From the IMG/VR virus record IMGVR_UViG_3300038301_000548, positions 96,001-160,000 of that record: DNA of 64,000 bases, one strand, 5' to 3'. The stretch's first letter is position 1, and the number at the start of each line of letters is the position of its first letter. Origin of the DNA: a virus. The translations under genes and the position numbers were made by a program. Below, in pieces: positions 11,601-21,151 of this stretch. The notes under the pieces were generated by a model. It did not search any database and was not told the origin of the DNA. It worked only from the letters and a program-made list of their open reading frames with translations.

Positions 11601-14600
11601 GCTGGGTAGAAGCCTCTGTATGGTAAGAATTTCATCGCTGCCTTGCATTTAAGAGTCAGACGCGTGGCCGTCAAGTCGTTCTCGTCAATTACTTCCTCTT
11701 GAACTAGTGAAAAATACTTTAGAAAATCACTATTCGAATAGGTCTTAAAGAATTGGCCATCGACGGAAATCTCTGCTGGAGAAGTATGGTTGACTGCCCC
11801 CGTTAAACTTAGGAAATCGTTTCCAAGGCTTGGGTACTCTCGGGCGCCAGATAGAACGTCTTCTACAAACTGGCTGATTCTAAACTCAGGAATTATTGAG
11901 TGGTCCTGTGCTATCAGCCTTATTGAATCAAAAGCATAATCTTTATAAGAATCGTAAAAAGGGCCTATCGTATTATCAGCTGCTTCCCACTTTGCCTCTC
12001 CAGCTAAATAAGTGTGCACACCATGAATTTGAGGTATTCTCCTGTTATATACTGTTGCGAAAGGAGGCGTCCCATATAGACCATTATAGCCCATAGCAAA
12101 AGTGCTAAAGTCATTTTGCAATATACCTTCGCCGCGGGTACCCTGGTCTCTACTGGCTAAGGCTGCAGAACCAGAAATAAAATAAGAGTTATTAACATTT
12201 GTTGGTTTTGCAGCAAAGTCCTTTCGAGAATCTAGTGGCCAAGTGCTAGCAGTTATATAGGCCGTAACGTCCAGTGTGCTATCATTGTCTGACTCTACAT
12301 CAACTGCATCGTATAACCCATAAAAAGACTTTTTATAATCGAGTTTGTTGTGGGATATAAAAGCTGGGAACGCAGTAACCTTTGTTGCAGTCAGCAGATT
12401 GTCGTTTCCAGACTTTTTATGCACAATATTTCCAGATAGTATTATGTTTCTACTATCCCTATTTGAGTTCCAAGACCAAAAATTGAAATTCTGCCTCTCT
12501 CGTGCGTCTTTCGTATAAGTGTTAACTTCTCTAGGGTATATCTTCTCTATATAATTAACCTCTATCAACTTTCGTTCTAAATTAGAGTTCTCTTCTATTA
12601 AAGTATTTAGAAAGTCCAAACTCTTGTGATCCACTCTTTCTTTAAACTTTATATCTCTTACCAGTTCCTCATTCGCAAAACAGCTAATATCGTTTTGGAA
12701 ACTTTCTTTGTAGCTGACGTGTCCAAAATAAATAAAAGGATTATTAATTTGGCCGGGTTGCATTTCGCGCTCACTGAGGTGTCCAGGGTGAGATATTGAT
12801 TCGTAATAGTAAGAATCTAAATTCCAAGAATTTTCTCTTAAAGTTTGCGTTAACTTCTTGGTTGCTTCCCGAATTTTAAAAAACTCTGGCATGCGTGGAT
12901 CGATGCCGCGGCCGAACTCAAAATCCTTAGAATCTCCCACGTTTCCGCGAGGAGCTTCGTGGCCGTGGATTGTTACTGTTATGGGTCGGAAGCGGTTTGT
13001 AACCATAATTTCTTTATAATTTTTTGTGATTCTGCTTTTCTGTACTTGACCAACAGAGTCTAGGCGGCGCGCCCGGTGATAAGCATCCTCAAAAGAGGTT
13101 CCTAATTTGTTCCATGAATATCCCTTGTTCATGCTTGGAGTCTCTGATGACTTTATTATAGAGCTTTCGCCGATGCCGGAATTCCCAACAAAAACTCTTG
13201 AAATTGTATTGGATTTTCGATGGGCTCTAGTGATTGGATGTTCATACCCTCTTATCTGTTTCCAGGAGGGCCAACCATAAGGACCCTGACGATGATGTAT
13301 CAGTGCGTTGAGAACAGCTGCAACACCGTAAGGGTTTACAGTATCTTCAGTGGCGTCGCCATGGGAATTGTTTATCGTTTCATTAACGTAGTTTGTTTCC
13401 ACTAATCCTAGGCCTGTGGTGGGTTTGTTGTACCATGTTAGTGAGTTATAACCTGCAGAATTTGAATTTAGGTCTATTGGTTCGTAAATAATTGTATTCA
13501 AGCCAACAAAATCTACCGGGATGAAATTCCCTAGAGTATGAAAACTTGAATGTAGTGCTGCGCCAAAGCTATGCCCAAAGGAAGAACCACCAACAACAGA
13601 GGTGTGGCTCCCAAGTGTACTTGCCGTGGCAAACAATATTGCCTCTTTTGACTTTAAGTAGCTACTAGCATCTGGTGCTGGCACTGAAAAGTTATGCTGG
13701 TGGCCTAGGCCTGAATTCTTGTTGACAAAATCAAATTTATCATTCGTTGCGCTAGATATAATCCAAGAATATCCAAAATCATTTTGTGGTATAGGGTGCT
13801 GAATAAAAGTGTTATCCGGTCTGGACATCTCTCCGGATGATCCAGTATAATAGAAGTAGTTCCGGTTAGTCATGTGAACAGAAGCCTGAGTAGAGGACCC
13901 GGATCTTATCCCGAACTGCTTAGAATGTTCTTTTTCCAACAAAGCTAATGGTTGCCGGACAGATAAGTTTCGATAATTGATTGAATTGTATATTGAGTAC
14001 TCTTCTGATTCCTTATCTCTTCCGTAAGCTGCTTGGGTTTCTGGTGCGCCAGGAGAAGAGAATCGATTTACAATAATATGCTCGGACCTAGGTCGCGTGG
14101 GTACCTTGTAATCTACTATATCCAAAAGCTGATTTGCGGTCTTTGGTGTTATAACCAGGCTACCTGTGTCTGCAATCATGCGGTTGTTTAAATTTCTTCC
14201 GCTTGTTAGAACTATCTCATAATTCTTATCATAATTTCCCAAAGATTTTCTGTTTATATCAGTTTTAATATTTCTTATGTTATAAAAAGCGTTCGGACCT
14301 CGAGTGAAGACCGACTTTACACCAGTATGCTGTTTAAGGGTGAATTTAGTATTTGAAGCAGTAAGTATGAAAGCTTCGGGGCGTTCTTTATCTATAGTGC
14401 CTAGCTTGACATTCCGATGGGGCATGCCTCCGACGTTTTCTCTTATAAACGGACTTTGTAAAGATGGAGAGTGATCATCATGCAAATTAGTGATTGATAA
14501 ATTATCTTTAAAATTTGAGAAATCCGTGCCGGCTGATGAGCTGTAAAAAGTGAAGGGCATCATGAGATCGGAATCCATATCTAAGTATCCGTCTGTGCCT

Positions 14601-17600
14601 TCTGTATTCACTTTCGCTGTATATATCTTTTCTTGCTGTGGGTCTAATACATCATCACACTTTTTAAATTCATAGATATCTTCCTTATTTAAGGTTATTT
14701 CTTTTCCAGAGTTTATTATTTTGTATAAATCTCTATTTTTATTAGAATTTCTGTTTGATCCCTGATCCAACACCCTGTTTCGATCGACAGTCAGTCGATA
14801 AGGCCTTGTAAGCTTTCTTATTGCATAGGTAGATCCACTAACTACGGTGTTCATGCGAGTTCTTAAGGTTTCCCTAACTGGGTCCGTAGTTGCTGAGACC
14901 TTAATCTCTTTGTCTCTCTCCGCCCTGTCAGACCACCAAAGGCAATTATTTTCTTGCTGGTGTGTGGTTGACGTTGTTCCTGTGCCACCAGAGAATCCAA
15001 CAAGAGCCAACAGCCCGGAGTTAATTGTACTGGAGATTGTTACATTTCCTGCAGACCCTAGGGTTGCTTGAGTTAGTGATAAGGCGCCGGCTCCACCGGT
15101 TGGACCAGCGATAGAGATAGATCCGTTATGGCCGGCAGCGCTGAGGATTGCCGTCTTAAGCTCCGTTGCGTATGCGTCCTTATTGAACCCGGTGATTTGC
15201 ACTCTTATTCTACCAGAGCCGTCGACTGTTGCAGTAGCTCCGTCCGAGTCGTCATCAAAAATGTAGATCTTCTCTAAGCCGGCTGCGTCTGTGATGGTAA
15301 CAGTTCCTGCATCATAATTAGAAGTAGAAGACCCAATACAAGTTATTGTGGCGGTCGCGGCGGCAAGGGTACCAGTTGTTGTCGTCTCTTTTAGTGGAGC
15401 ATGGCCATGTTCCCAGTCATAAAGGAGTTCGTTTATTGCGAGTATATTACCTTCAATCTTTGGGTCCTTAAACTCAAACACAGGAGACTTGTGTTGATAC
15501 TTGCTTCTTTCAAAAGCATGACTCTCAACCACATCTTCAAGCCCCAACTTCATCGCGGATGTTGCGGGTTGGAGTTTCTCTAGCATCTTGCCCAATGAAG
15601 AGTCTATCCATTTGTAGTACTCTACAAACTTATCTAAATCTATATCGTTTTCCACCTGGGAAAAGAACCGATCTCGAAGCTTTTCCAGGCTCTTATACTG
15701 TTGCCGATATTTATAGACTGGTTCACCTACAAGATTGTTAAACTCTTTTACGCCGGCTAGCATTTTAATCATCTCTCTAGATATGACCTGATACATGCTC
15801 TTTTCATAAGTGAACAGATAGGTTATTGGCCTAGAATCAAGCTGAAACACTTCTATTTCGTGGTCTTTAATTTCTATCTTAGACCTGGAGTGCATATTAT
15901 CAATCGGTAGGTATCTTACAGATGTTAGATGTTCTTGATCTATATTTGGTAACCCTGTAGAAATCGTGGAGGTTATTGCAGGGTATTTATAACCTACGAT
16001 GGATCCAAGACTCTCCACAGAAGAGGCTGATCCTGATGAAGCATCGATAATCGATACCTTATTTGATGAGAAAGTGCTATCCTCAAACTGCCAATTTAAG
16101 ATTAAAGTATCTTTTCTATCTCTATTGGCTCCTCTGTTGTCTCTTTTGCCGTAAAAGCTATATAGACGGCCGGTCGATTGAACTCCCTTTGCATGCTCCC
16201 TTAGCTCTTCAGTCTCCAAATAGTCATCCCACGCAGTGAGGTTTACAACTTTTGCATCTGAAATATTTAATAGTGACCCTGTAATATTAGTTCTTCGTGC
16301 GCCGGCATATAAACTTTTCTTGCCCTGCATGAAACTATCATATTGTGCTTTGGTTAATGATTCAGAAAGTTCAAAATTTGAAGTCAAGACATCCAGATCA
16401 TATCGATAGCCTGCAAATTCTATTTTATACGTGTTGGAAATATTGTTATCAAAGTCACTTAATGGCATTCCAGAGTTTTCTGATAATCTTACTGATAGGT
16501 GCCACGGTGTATCGTCATACACTCCCCTAAAATAGGGAGTCTTAATTTCAGTAAACAACCCTGCAGATGAAGATAGACTAAAATAACTGCCTTCTCGATC
16601 AGTTCCTGATTTAATCGTCTTAACCGAGAGGCCCGAATTGTTGGGCGAAGATAAGAAAAGCTCTTGGTCACTAACTTGATTGGTACCGAAAATGGAAGAT
16701 GTCAAGGCTGTATTTTCTACTTTTGTGACTTTCGGGAAAATAAAATTTCCTTCTAGGGTGAAAGACGTAGAATCATTCTTTCCTTCTATGTAATTTTTTT
16801 CCTCAGAAGTTGTTGCTGTTTGATGCAGAGTCACTCCAGTGTTTGAGCCTGTGAAAGAGAGAGACTTCACTTTAATAGCTGAGTATACTGGTTCGTTTTT
16901 TATCTCTTTTTCTATGTTGTTGATATATGTGTTTGGCGATATTAAGTCTTCATCAACCCCAAAACACCTAATAAGGTTTCTAAAAGCCGCGCGGGTGCCC
17001 TTTGTTGTGTATATATTGCTAAGATTATTATAGACTGAACTCAATATTTGTTCTTTTACTATTTCTGCTTTTGAATATATTAATTTTGGAAGACCAGTGG
17101 CGTATTCATCGTGTGTATTAGTTCCTAAATTGTTAAAATATTCGGAAGTGTTTACCTTATCGATGATTGGCAGCTCACCAACATCCCAGCCCCGGGCTGC
17201 TAGATTTTGAAATGAAAATTTTCGTTGAGATAAACCATCATAATTGTTCGTGAAATCTTGGGGGGCACCAAGAATGGAAGAAAAATTTGATTTATAATTA
17301 TCAGATGAAGTCTCATAGGGCTGTGGAAGATAAGTTGTTAGTCCTATTTGAGATACTCCCTTAATTAAGAGCCTTATATCATCAAACTTTGACGCGATGG
17401 CCTGTAGTAATATGGAGAAATTACTATCTAAATTACTACTGCCTTCTGGAATGTCAAAGGCCCATTGTGGAACAGTATGAAATAGCGAAGAATTATTATA
17501 TTTATCATGTGTTTTTGCGATCTTTTTAAGTTCTAATAATCTACTCTTCACTAGAGGAGAATTGCCATTGATAATGGGGTCTCCTACTTCCCTGTTATGG

Positions 17601-18916
17601 GTTATTGAAGGTGATGCCTTTGTTATCGCGGATTCGGTAGATCTAGAAGTGTCCCTATATCCTATGAATTCACCGTTGTTCAGGCGGCCTGAATAGTCAA
17701 CTACTACTGAATCAGTATTTGATAGGCCAGTAACTGACTCGTTAAACTTATAGTAAAGCCCTAGGACACTGTCAATTGACTCACTGTCGGTCGCGCCGAC
17801 TGTCGGCCGGTCGAAATAGTCGTTTATTTGTTTGGATGTGCGCTTTTGTTTCCAAATTCGAACATCATCCAGAGACCCGCTGAACTGGCCATACCCTTCA
17901 GTAGCACCGACGGAGCCGAAGTCCATACCTAGAGCACCGATTGCTCCTCTAAAATGACTGTCGACGGCGCCGAATGTTCCGAAAGTTTCTGTCGAAAAGC
18001 CTTTGGTGTCAGAGTGAAGGCCATCAATATATAATTCGCATTTCAAGACGTCGGCTTCTACCCCGAAAGAGAATGCATAATGATGCCAAGTGTTGTCTAG
18101 GACAGCTGCGCGGGCTTCATCGGAGATACCGATTAGTTTTCTAGCTATACCCCCTGAACCGGACAGATAAGTCACACTAAAAGCGCCGTCCTGTTCCGAA
18201 TCTAAAGAGACTTGCATTCTGCCATATGAGTTTGATGATTCGCCTGCTGTATCAGTAAATACATCGACAACAACTTCCCTCTTTGTCTTGTCCGTTGGAT
18301 AGTCATCTTTCTTCATCCAAAACTCTATTGTGTTTCCGGTCGATGGATCTATCTTTAGGCTGCTTTCCCGGTTCGAGTGGGAGTCAATCACTGTTCCGAC
18401 ATAAGGGCCACCTGAAAATTTAATATATTCTGGTGTTGAACTCTTCGCGTATTTCCCTTTTGTATCACTGACAATGCCCCAGCCGTTGCTACTAAATGCT
18501 GCAGAGCCGGTGGCCATGGGGTATTGCCTTTGAAGTATTGCCAGGTCGATAGCGGAAGCTGACAAGGCCCATTGCACTCTTTCATAGTTTGAGCCGTCAT
18601 ACGGATAGGAATTATAAATATAAGAAAATGAATTTTCATAATATTTTTCAGCGCTTCCGTAAACCGCGAAAGACGCAGGGTTATGAATATCAATCGGTGG
18701 AATTGCTCTTCTTAAGAACTGAGCATATGATTCCGCGTGCTGGGATGATTCTATATCATTCGCCTGTCCTGGCGTGTCGGACGATATCAGTTGATATCCT
18801 TCCTGGAAAGGCTCTTGTCCGACTACTACAAACTCTTGTAATTGCTCCTTGAGCAGTGAGACTTTTGAATTCTCTGGCTGCCTAGGGAGGTAAGGGTACT
18901 TATTGTTATCTGTCAT
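8624..18916 (-). CDS. Giant virion structural protein (3430 aa) with an N-terminal LamG/concanavalin-A-like domain and two inserted Ala/Gly/Thr-rich modules
   Basis: LamG signature TIEFWMK...WHHYAFSF...LYIDG...FSGSLDDVRIW...YYKFNE, and a second degenerate LamG-like stretch (WHLSVRL...LTAWDDYL...WQFE). Lies downstream of the baseplate wedge genes. Confidence 0.75.
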   Translation of the reverse strand: MTDNNKYPYLPRQPENSKVSLLKEQLQEFVVVGQEPFQEGYQLISSDTPGQANDIESSQHAESYAQFLRRAIPPIDIHNPASFAVYGSAEKYYENSFSYIYNSYPYDGSNYERVQWALSASAIDLAILQRQYPMATGSAAFSSNGWGIVSDTKGKYAKSSTPEYIKFSGGPYVGTVIDSHSNRESSLKIDPSTGNTIEFWMKKDDYPTDKTKREVVVDVFTDTAGESSNSYGRMQVSLDSEQDGAFSVTYLSGSGGIARKLIGISDEARAAVLDNTWHHYAFSFGVEADVLKCELYIDGLHSDTKGFSTETFGTFGAVDSHFRGAIGALGMDFGSVGATEGYGQFSGSLDDVRIWKQKRTSKQINDYFDRPTVGATDSESIDSVLGLYYKFNESVTGLSNTDSVVVDYSGRLNNGEFIGYRDTSRSTESAITKASPSITHNREVGDPIINGNSPLVKSRLLELKKIAKTHDKYNNSSLFHTVPQWAFDIPEGSSNLDSNFSILLQAIASKFDDIRLLIKGVSQIGLTTYLPQPYETSSDNYKSNFSSILGAPQDFTNNYDGLSQRKFSFQNLAARGWDVGELPIIDKVNTSEYFNNLGTNTHDEYATGLPKLIYSKAEIVKEQILSSVYNNLSNIYTTKGTRAAFRNLIRCFGVDEDLISPNTYINNIEKEIKNEPVYSAIKVKSLSFTGSNTGVTLHQTATTSEEKNYIEGKNDSTSFTLEGNFIFPKVTKVENTALTSSIFGTNQVSDQELFLSSPNNSGLSVKTIKSGTDREGSYFSLSSSAGLFTEIKTPYFRGVYDDTPWHLSVRLSENSGMPLSDFDNNISNTYKIEFAGYRYDLDVLTSNFELSESLTKAQYDSFMQGKKSLYAGARRTNITGSLLNISDAKVVNLTAWDDYLETEELREHAKGVQSTGRLYSFYGKRDNRGANRDRKDTLILNWQFEDSTFSSNKVSIIDASSGSASSVESLGSIVGYKYPAITSTISTGLPNIDQEHLTSVRYLPIDNMHSRSKIEIKDHEIEVFQLDSRPITYLFTYEKSMYQVISREMIKMLAGVKEFNNLVGEPVYKYRQQYKSLEKLRDRFFSQVENDIDLDKFVEYYKWIDSSLGKMLEKLQPATSAMKLGLEDVVESHAFERSKYQHKSPVFEFKDPKIEGNILAINELLYDWEHGHAPLKETTTTGTLAAATATITCIGSSTSNYDAGTVTITDAAGLEKIYIFDDDSDGATATVDGSGRIRVQITGFNKDAYATELKTAILSAAGHNGSISIAGPTGGAGALSLTQATLGSAGNVTISSTINSGLLALVGFSGGTGTTSTTHQQENNCLWWSDRAERDKEIKVSATTDPVRETLRTRMNTVVSGSTYAIRKLTRPYRLTVDRNRVLDQGSNRNSNKNRDLYKIINSGKEITLNKEDIYEFKKCDDVLDPQQEKIYTAKVNTEGTDGYLDMDSDLMMPFTFYSSSAGTDFSNFKDNLSITNLHDDHSPSLQSPFIRENVGGMPHRNVKLGTIDKERPEAFILTASNTKFTLKQHTGVKSVFTRGPNAFYNIRNIKTDINRKSLGNYDKNYEIVLTSGRNLNNRMIADTGSLVITPKTANQLLDIVDYKVPTRPRSEHIIVNRFSSPGAPETQAAYGRDKESEEYSIYNSINYRNLSVRQPLALLEKEHSKQFGIRSGSSTQASVHMTNRNYFYYTGSSGEMSRPDNTFIQHPIPQNDFGYSWIISSATNDKFDFVNKNSGLGHQHNFSVPAPDASSYLKSKEAILFATASTLGSHTSVVGGSSFGHSFGAALHSSFHTLGNFIPVDFVGLNTIIYEPIDLNSNSAGYNSLTWYNKPTTGLGLVETNYVNETINNSHGDATEDTVNPYGVAAVLNALIHHRQGPYGWPSWKQIRGYEHPITRAHRKSNTISRVFVGNSGIGESSIIKSSETPSMNKGYSWNKLGTSFEDAYHRARRLDSVGQVQKSRITKNYKEIMVTNRFRPITVTIHGHEAPRGNVGDSKDFEFGRGIDPRMPEFFKIREATKKLTQTLRENSWNLDSYYYESISHPGHLSEREMQPGQINNPFIYFGHVSYKESFQNDISCFANEELVRDIKFKERVDHKSLDFLNTLIEENSNLERKLIEVNYIEKIYPREVNTYTKDARERQNFNFWSWNSNRDSRNIILSGNIVHKKSGNDNLLTATKVTAFPAFISHNKLDYKKSFYGLYDAVDVESDNDSTLDVTAYITASTWPLDSRKDFAAKPTNVNNSYFISGSAALASRDQGTRGEGILQNDFSTFAMGYNGLYGTPPFATVYNRRIPQIHGVHTYLAGEAKWEAADNTIGPFYDSYKDYAFDSIRLIAQDHSIIPEFRISQFVEDVLSGAREYPSLGNDFLSLTGAVNHTSPAEISVDGQFFKTYSNSDFLKYFSLVQEEVIDENDLTATRLTLKCKAAMKFLPYRGFYPAERSLELAEMFNRNYLDVEDLSIRYLPNGPISRDEADKYLNLRTKAARYSAEKCFTGPGILFNSIKAGTAVDYPIFATDFSQAQENTPSNYIVRKHVTFGIPSTTSVTGSLINSTTDRGLPRLSGSIHHRIEFEDLLNPVNIHRVAIYDNEAHPSASLLYGNSFWNRVIERPAVFGALNRNAMARNLGLDVNNTAENFSRQMLPYTLAMQNFAAETVNFFLKDGHLSTAISKPIKQFFQKETVNKMKVRLTNVDTVMYDRHSAFGPPVDDTGTGVNFVKYTPNSSATSDFVEITFKNPGANANFNLDSVTASGSMPVITLKDAGLGAPYEVVDYVFYSSAASFSPGGHQSDSQRYINVNGVSADNLAAAFLAAHGGTFLPTTFDVTRTGAKIRIQTNDAPGADSGTSIEYGNNALENLIVEEEAQFGGAATVGSESYTKSTVSNLHSHGYAPYVPPFLDPDSDPYVEITFTPTESRDYLAKEIISSCSFEYYNFHTVPNNATTNTNYKHAMALSASLNLGMCVELETDNMNLVLSGDGLLSNVEDPEHINVESTQQVDANNRFSRWVIQTKWETPVLDFTNVTSSALDLSTNSVNFVTGSPWKTRYWDSYYTQSLGKTTTPYLTSSTGIWHQKGAKIPSVGPASAKGYYLKVEDVPSADGQPGLAELLGFNSEDTVSRTKAIPKVNEYRRKLGALEDKKLLKEAIVAIPYVIDEESENEVRFVNFARTPGSYYVQARDNVDKIKRELDLMTISSHISTLEEYRELLRRYEVKSQTYMSDSPVNAIEYQLFMMDEYILPPQLDFLVSGTDPYMMYFFQFKASMDSSDLANVWQNLYPSSSSSTAKPRYSYPNKEFEGRITPHNDVSYVSHYLNTEKLNGRTLSPVHNTDNLFSPIGDKNKTRWLVFKVKQRGIANLEKIRQRSIDPRESNFRSPIEYLRESKNSRNPAGIPKDLPGLNDLAHSKLQFNWPYDYFSFVELVKLDAKIDLYNYIE

Positions 18917-21150
18917 GGGCTAACTCTAAATCTAAATTTCTCTGGTTGTTCTATATAATCTGATCCGTCTTTTAGCAGGAATGAGATTTCATATGCGTTA
19001 TTTGGCTCAAGTAATGTCATATCCAAATCGAAGAAAGAACCCTGGTTATCGTATGAGACTGAAGAATAACTAGGTGTTGAGCCGGTTGAGTATGATACTA
19101 CCTCATAATTGTCATAAACTTTAGTTATTTTATAGAATAAGTCTCTTATGTTGTTGATTGGAGCAGACTTTGAAGCTTTAGTGTAGATGTTTGGCTGCCA
19201 ATTCTTGTCTCTCGTGTAAATCCTAAAAGTTGTCCTCTCGTCTTTCAGATAAGAATCTTTCAAATTTGTTATATTAAGATTATAAGACGGCATCTCGTAA
19301 GAATTGTCATGAGACTCATTATAAATAGTGAAACCAGAACCGGTGGTCAAGGTAGTCGCGACGCCGGCAATCGACTTAGCCCAGACGTCGTAAACAAATG
19401 TCTGTGAACCGGTGTATGCAAATGAGGCTTTATACACTCCTGTTGCGTGCTTACTGGCTGTGATGTGTCGGACGCTTGCTGGCAAGACACCTCCCGCATT
19501 AGGTACCAACTTTTCCCCGGCGCTAGTTGGTGATGGCACGGTATGAAGAGAGACGACCAAATTTGACCCAATATTTGGCAAGTCGTAAAATGAACCTCTT
19601 CTTTTGTTATACAGAAATATTGTATTTAAATTTTCTGCAGCAGGAGCGAGTGAGCTAGACTTTGCTATATAGTTCCTATCGTCTTTTATAGAATCATCCC
19701 ACTGAGCTTCGAGTGCTGGTCTACGAAGGTATTCGTGAGACCCTCTTGCTAAAAACTTTTTTGTATAATATGAACTTTGTTTCGATCCGTTTTCATATTC
19801 TTCTGCTAGTTTGACCACCATTCCATAATTAGGCATTCCAGTACCAGAAGTAAAGTTGACTATAGTTGCTCCGTCGTCGCCGGTGGGAATATTTGATGAA
19901 ATATTAGTATTTCCATGAAGCCCAGTGGCGGATTGTGTCATATTAAGGACTGTTGTATTAGTGCTAGTCACTATCTTTAATTTAAAATCTAAATCAACCC
20001 TGTCTTTTAAGATTGTAGCTGTGGCCGTAGAGTTGGCACCTATACCTAAGTACCAGGTGTTGCCTAGTGAATATGCAGAAGTCCCATTTGTCTTAAAAAC
20101 ATACTTAAACTCCTGACCTTCATGGGAGCGTATGGTCAGAGTAGGATCATCTAACCCACCTGCAAAAGCAGATAAGGTATTTGAATTTCCAAGCGATTCT
20201 GTGTTTGCTTGGCCGTTTCCTTTTATTCCAGAGACGGCATGTGTAAATGTTACAGTTGCGCTGCTTGCATCTATAGGCGCCGCAGTGATCTTATCTTTAG
20301 TTGTTGAGTTAGCCGCATTAACAGAGATAGCAATTGCTTGCCCCAGCTTCGCCACGGTATTAGCATCACTTATTCCGATGATATTGTTCCCCGATGAAGC
20401 AATATTTGTTCCGTTATTAGTAGTAAAAGTATGCGAAACGCCATCGGCATCCTTTAAGATGAGCTTAGCATCATTAGCCAGGTTTGTGGTGTTGTTGACC
20501 AAAATCGTCGCAGTCGGGGCTTTCTTAAGCGAGTTTTCAAATCCAGAACCGAAAGTCACACTGCCGGCAGCTGCAACGATTGAATCTCCGCCCTTATAAT
20601 ATTTGATCCATTCTTCTACTAGGCCAGTGACATCGATGTTCAGATCTTCTGTTCCCTCGGATAAAAACTGAGTGTGCTCCATCGGAATACTAGAAGTTAT
20701 ATATGTAGATTTCCCGTAGTCTGAACCTGTGCTGTGCCATACATTTCCTGTAGATGCTGTCAACCAATTGCTAGGTTCTGTGTTCAGGTAGCTCTCCATG
20801 TCTAGGCCGTCACCTTCAGTCCAGCTACGTAATACAGGGTGGGCTACGATTTGATAATCTTCAGGAGTTGTTTGGCCGTGTTCGGAATTGAAAAACCTTA
20901 ACTTAAAACTCACAGAACCACTTTCGGGTAAAATGGAACTATCTCTGTCTTTCGAGATAGATTCTACTGGAAATTCAGATAAAATCCGAGTCATCTCGAG
21001 TGAAGAACTGCTGGCCTGGCCGTATATCGAAAACAATTCTAAGATGTCCGAGGCGCCCATATTTGAATTAAAGGACCTAGATGTCAAGTTTTCTCTAAAA
21101 GCTGCAGAAATTGTATTATCTTTTGTTGCAATATATCTTTTTATACTCAT
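18913..21150 (-). CDS. Virion/baseplate-associated protein (745 aa), DNRLRE/disaggregatase-like core with nested inserted modules
   Basis: KDNTIS...HPVLRSWTEGDG...W..TG.D...IDVT.LVEEW...NYGMVVKL...RPALEAQWDD pattern, interrupted by Ala/Thr/Gly-rich beta modules. Confidence 0.55.
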   Translation of the reverse strand: MSIKRYIATKDNTISAAFRENLTSRSFNSNMGASDILELFSIYGQASSSSLEMTRILSEFPVESISKDRDSSILPESGSVSFKLRFFNSEHGQTTPEDYQIVAHPVLRSWTEGDGLDMESYLNTEPSNWLTASTGNVWHSTGSDYGKSTYITSSIPMEHTQFLSEGTEDLNIDVTGLVEEWIKYYKGGDSIVAAAGSVTFGSGFENSLKKAPTATILVNNTTNLANDAKLILKDADGVSHTFTTNNGTNIASSGNNIIGISDANTVAKLGQAIAISVNAANSTTKDKITAAPIDASSATVTFTHAVSGIKGNGQANTESLGNSNTLSAFAGGLDDPTLTIRSHEGQEFKYVFKTNGTSAYSLGNTWYLGIGANSTATATILKDRVDLDFKLKIVTSTNTTVLNMTQSATGLHGNTNISSNIPTGDDGATIVNFTSGTGMPNYGMVVKLAEEYENGSKQSSYYTKKFLARGSHEYLRRPALEAQWDDSIKDDRNYIAKSSSLAPAAENLNTIFLYNKRRGSFYDLPNIGSNLVVSLHTVPSPTSAGEKLVPNAGGVLPASVRHITASKHATGVYKASFAYTGSQTFVYDVWAKSIAGVATTLTTGSGFTIYNESHDNSYEMPSYNLNITNLKDSYLKDERTTFRIYTRDKNWQPNIYTKASKSAPINNIRDLFYKITKVYDNYEVVSYSTGSTPSYSSVSYDNQGSFFDLDMTLLEPNNAYEISFLLKDGSDYIEQPEKFRFRVSP

Positions 21151-21151
21151 T

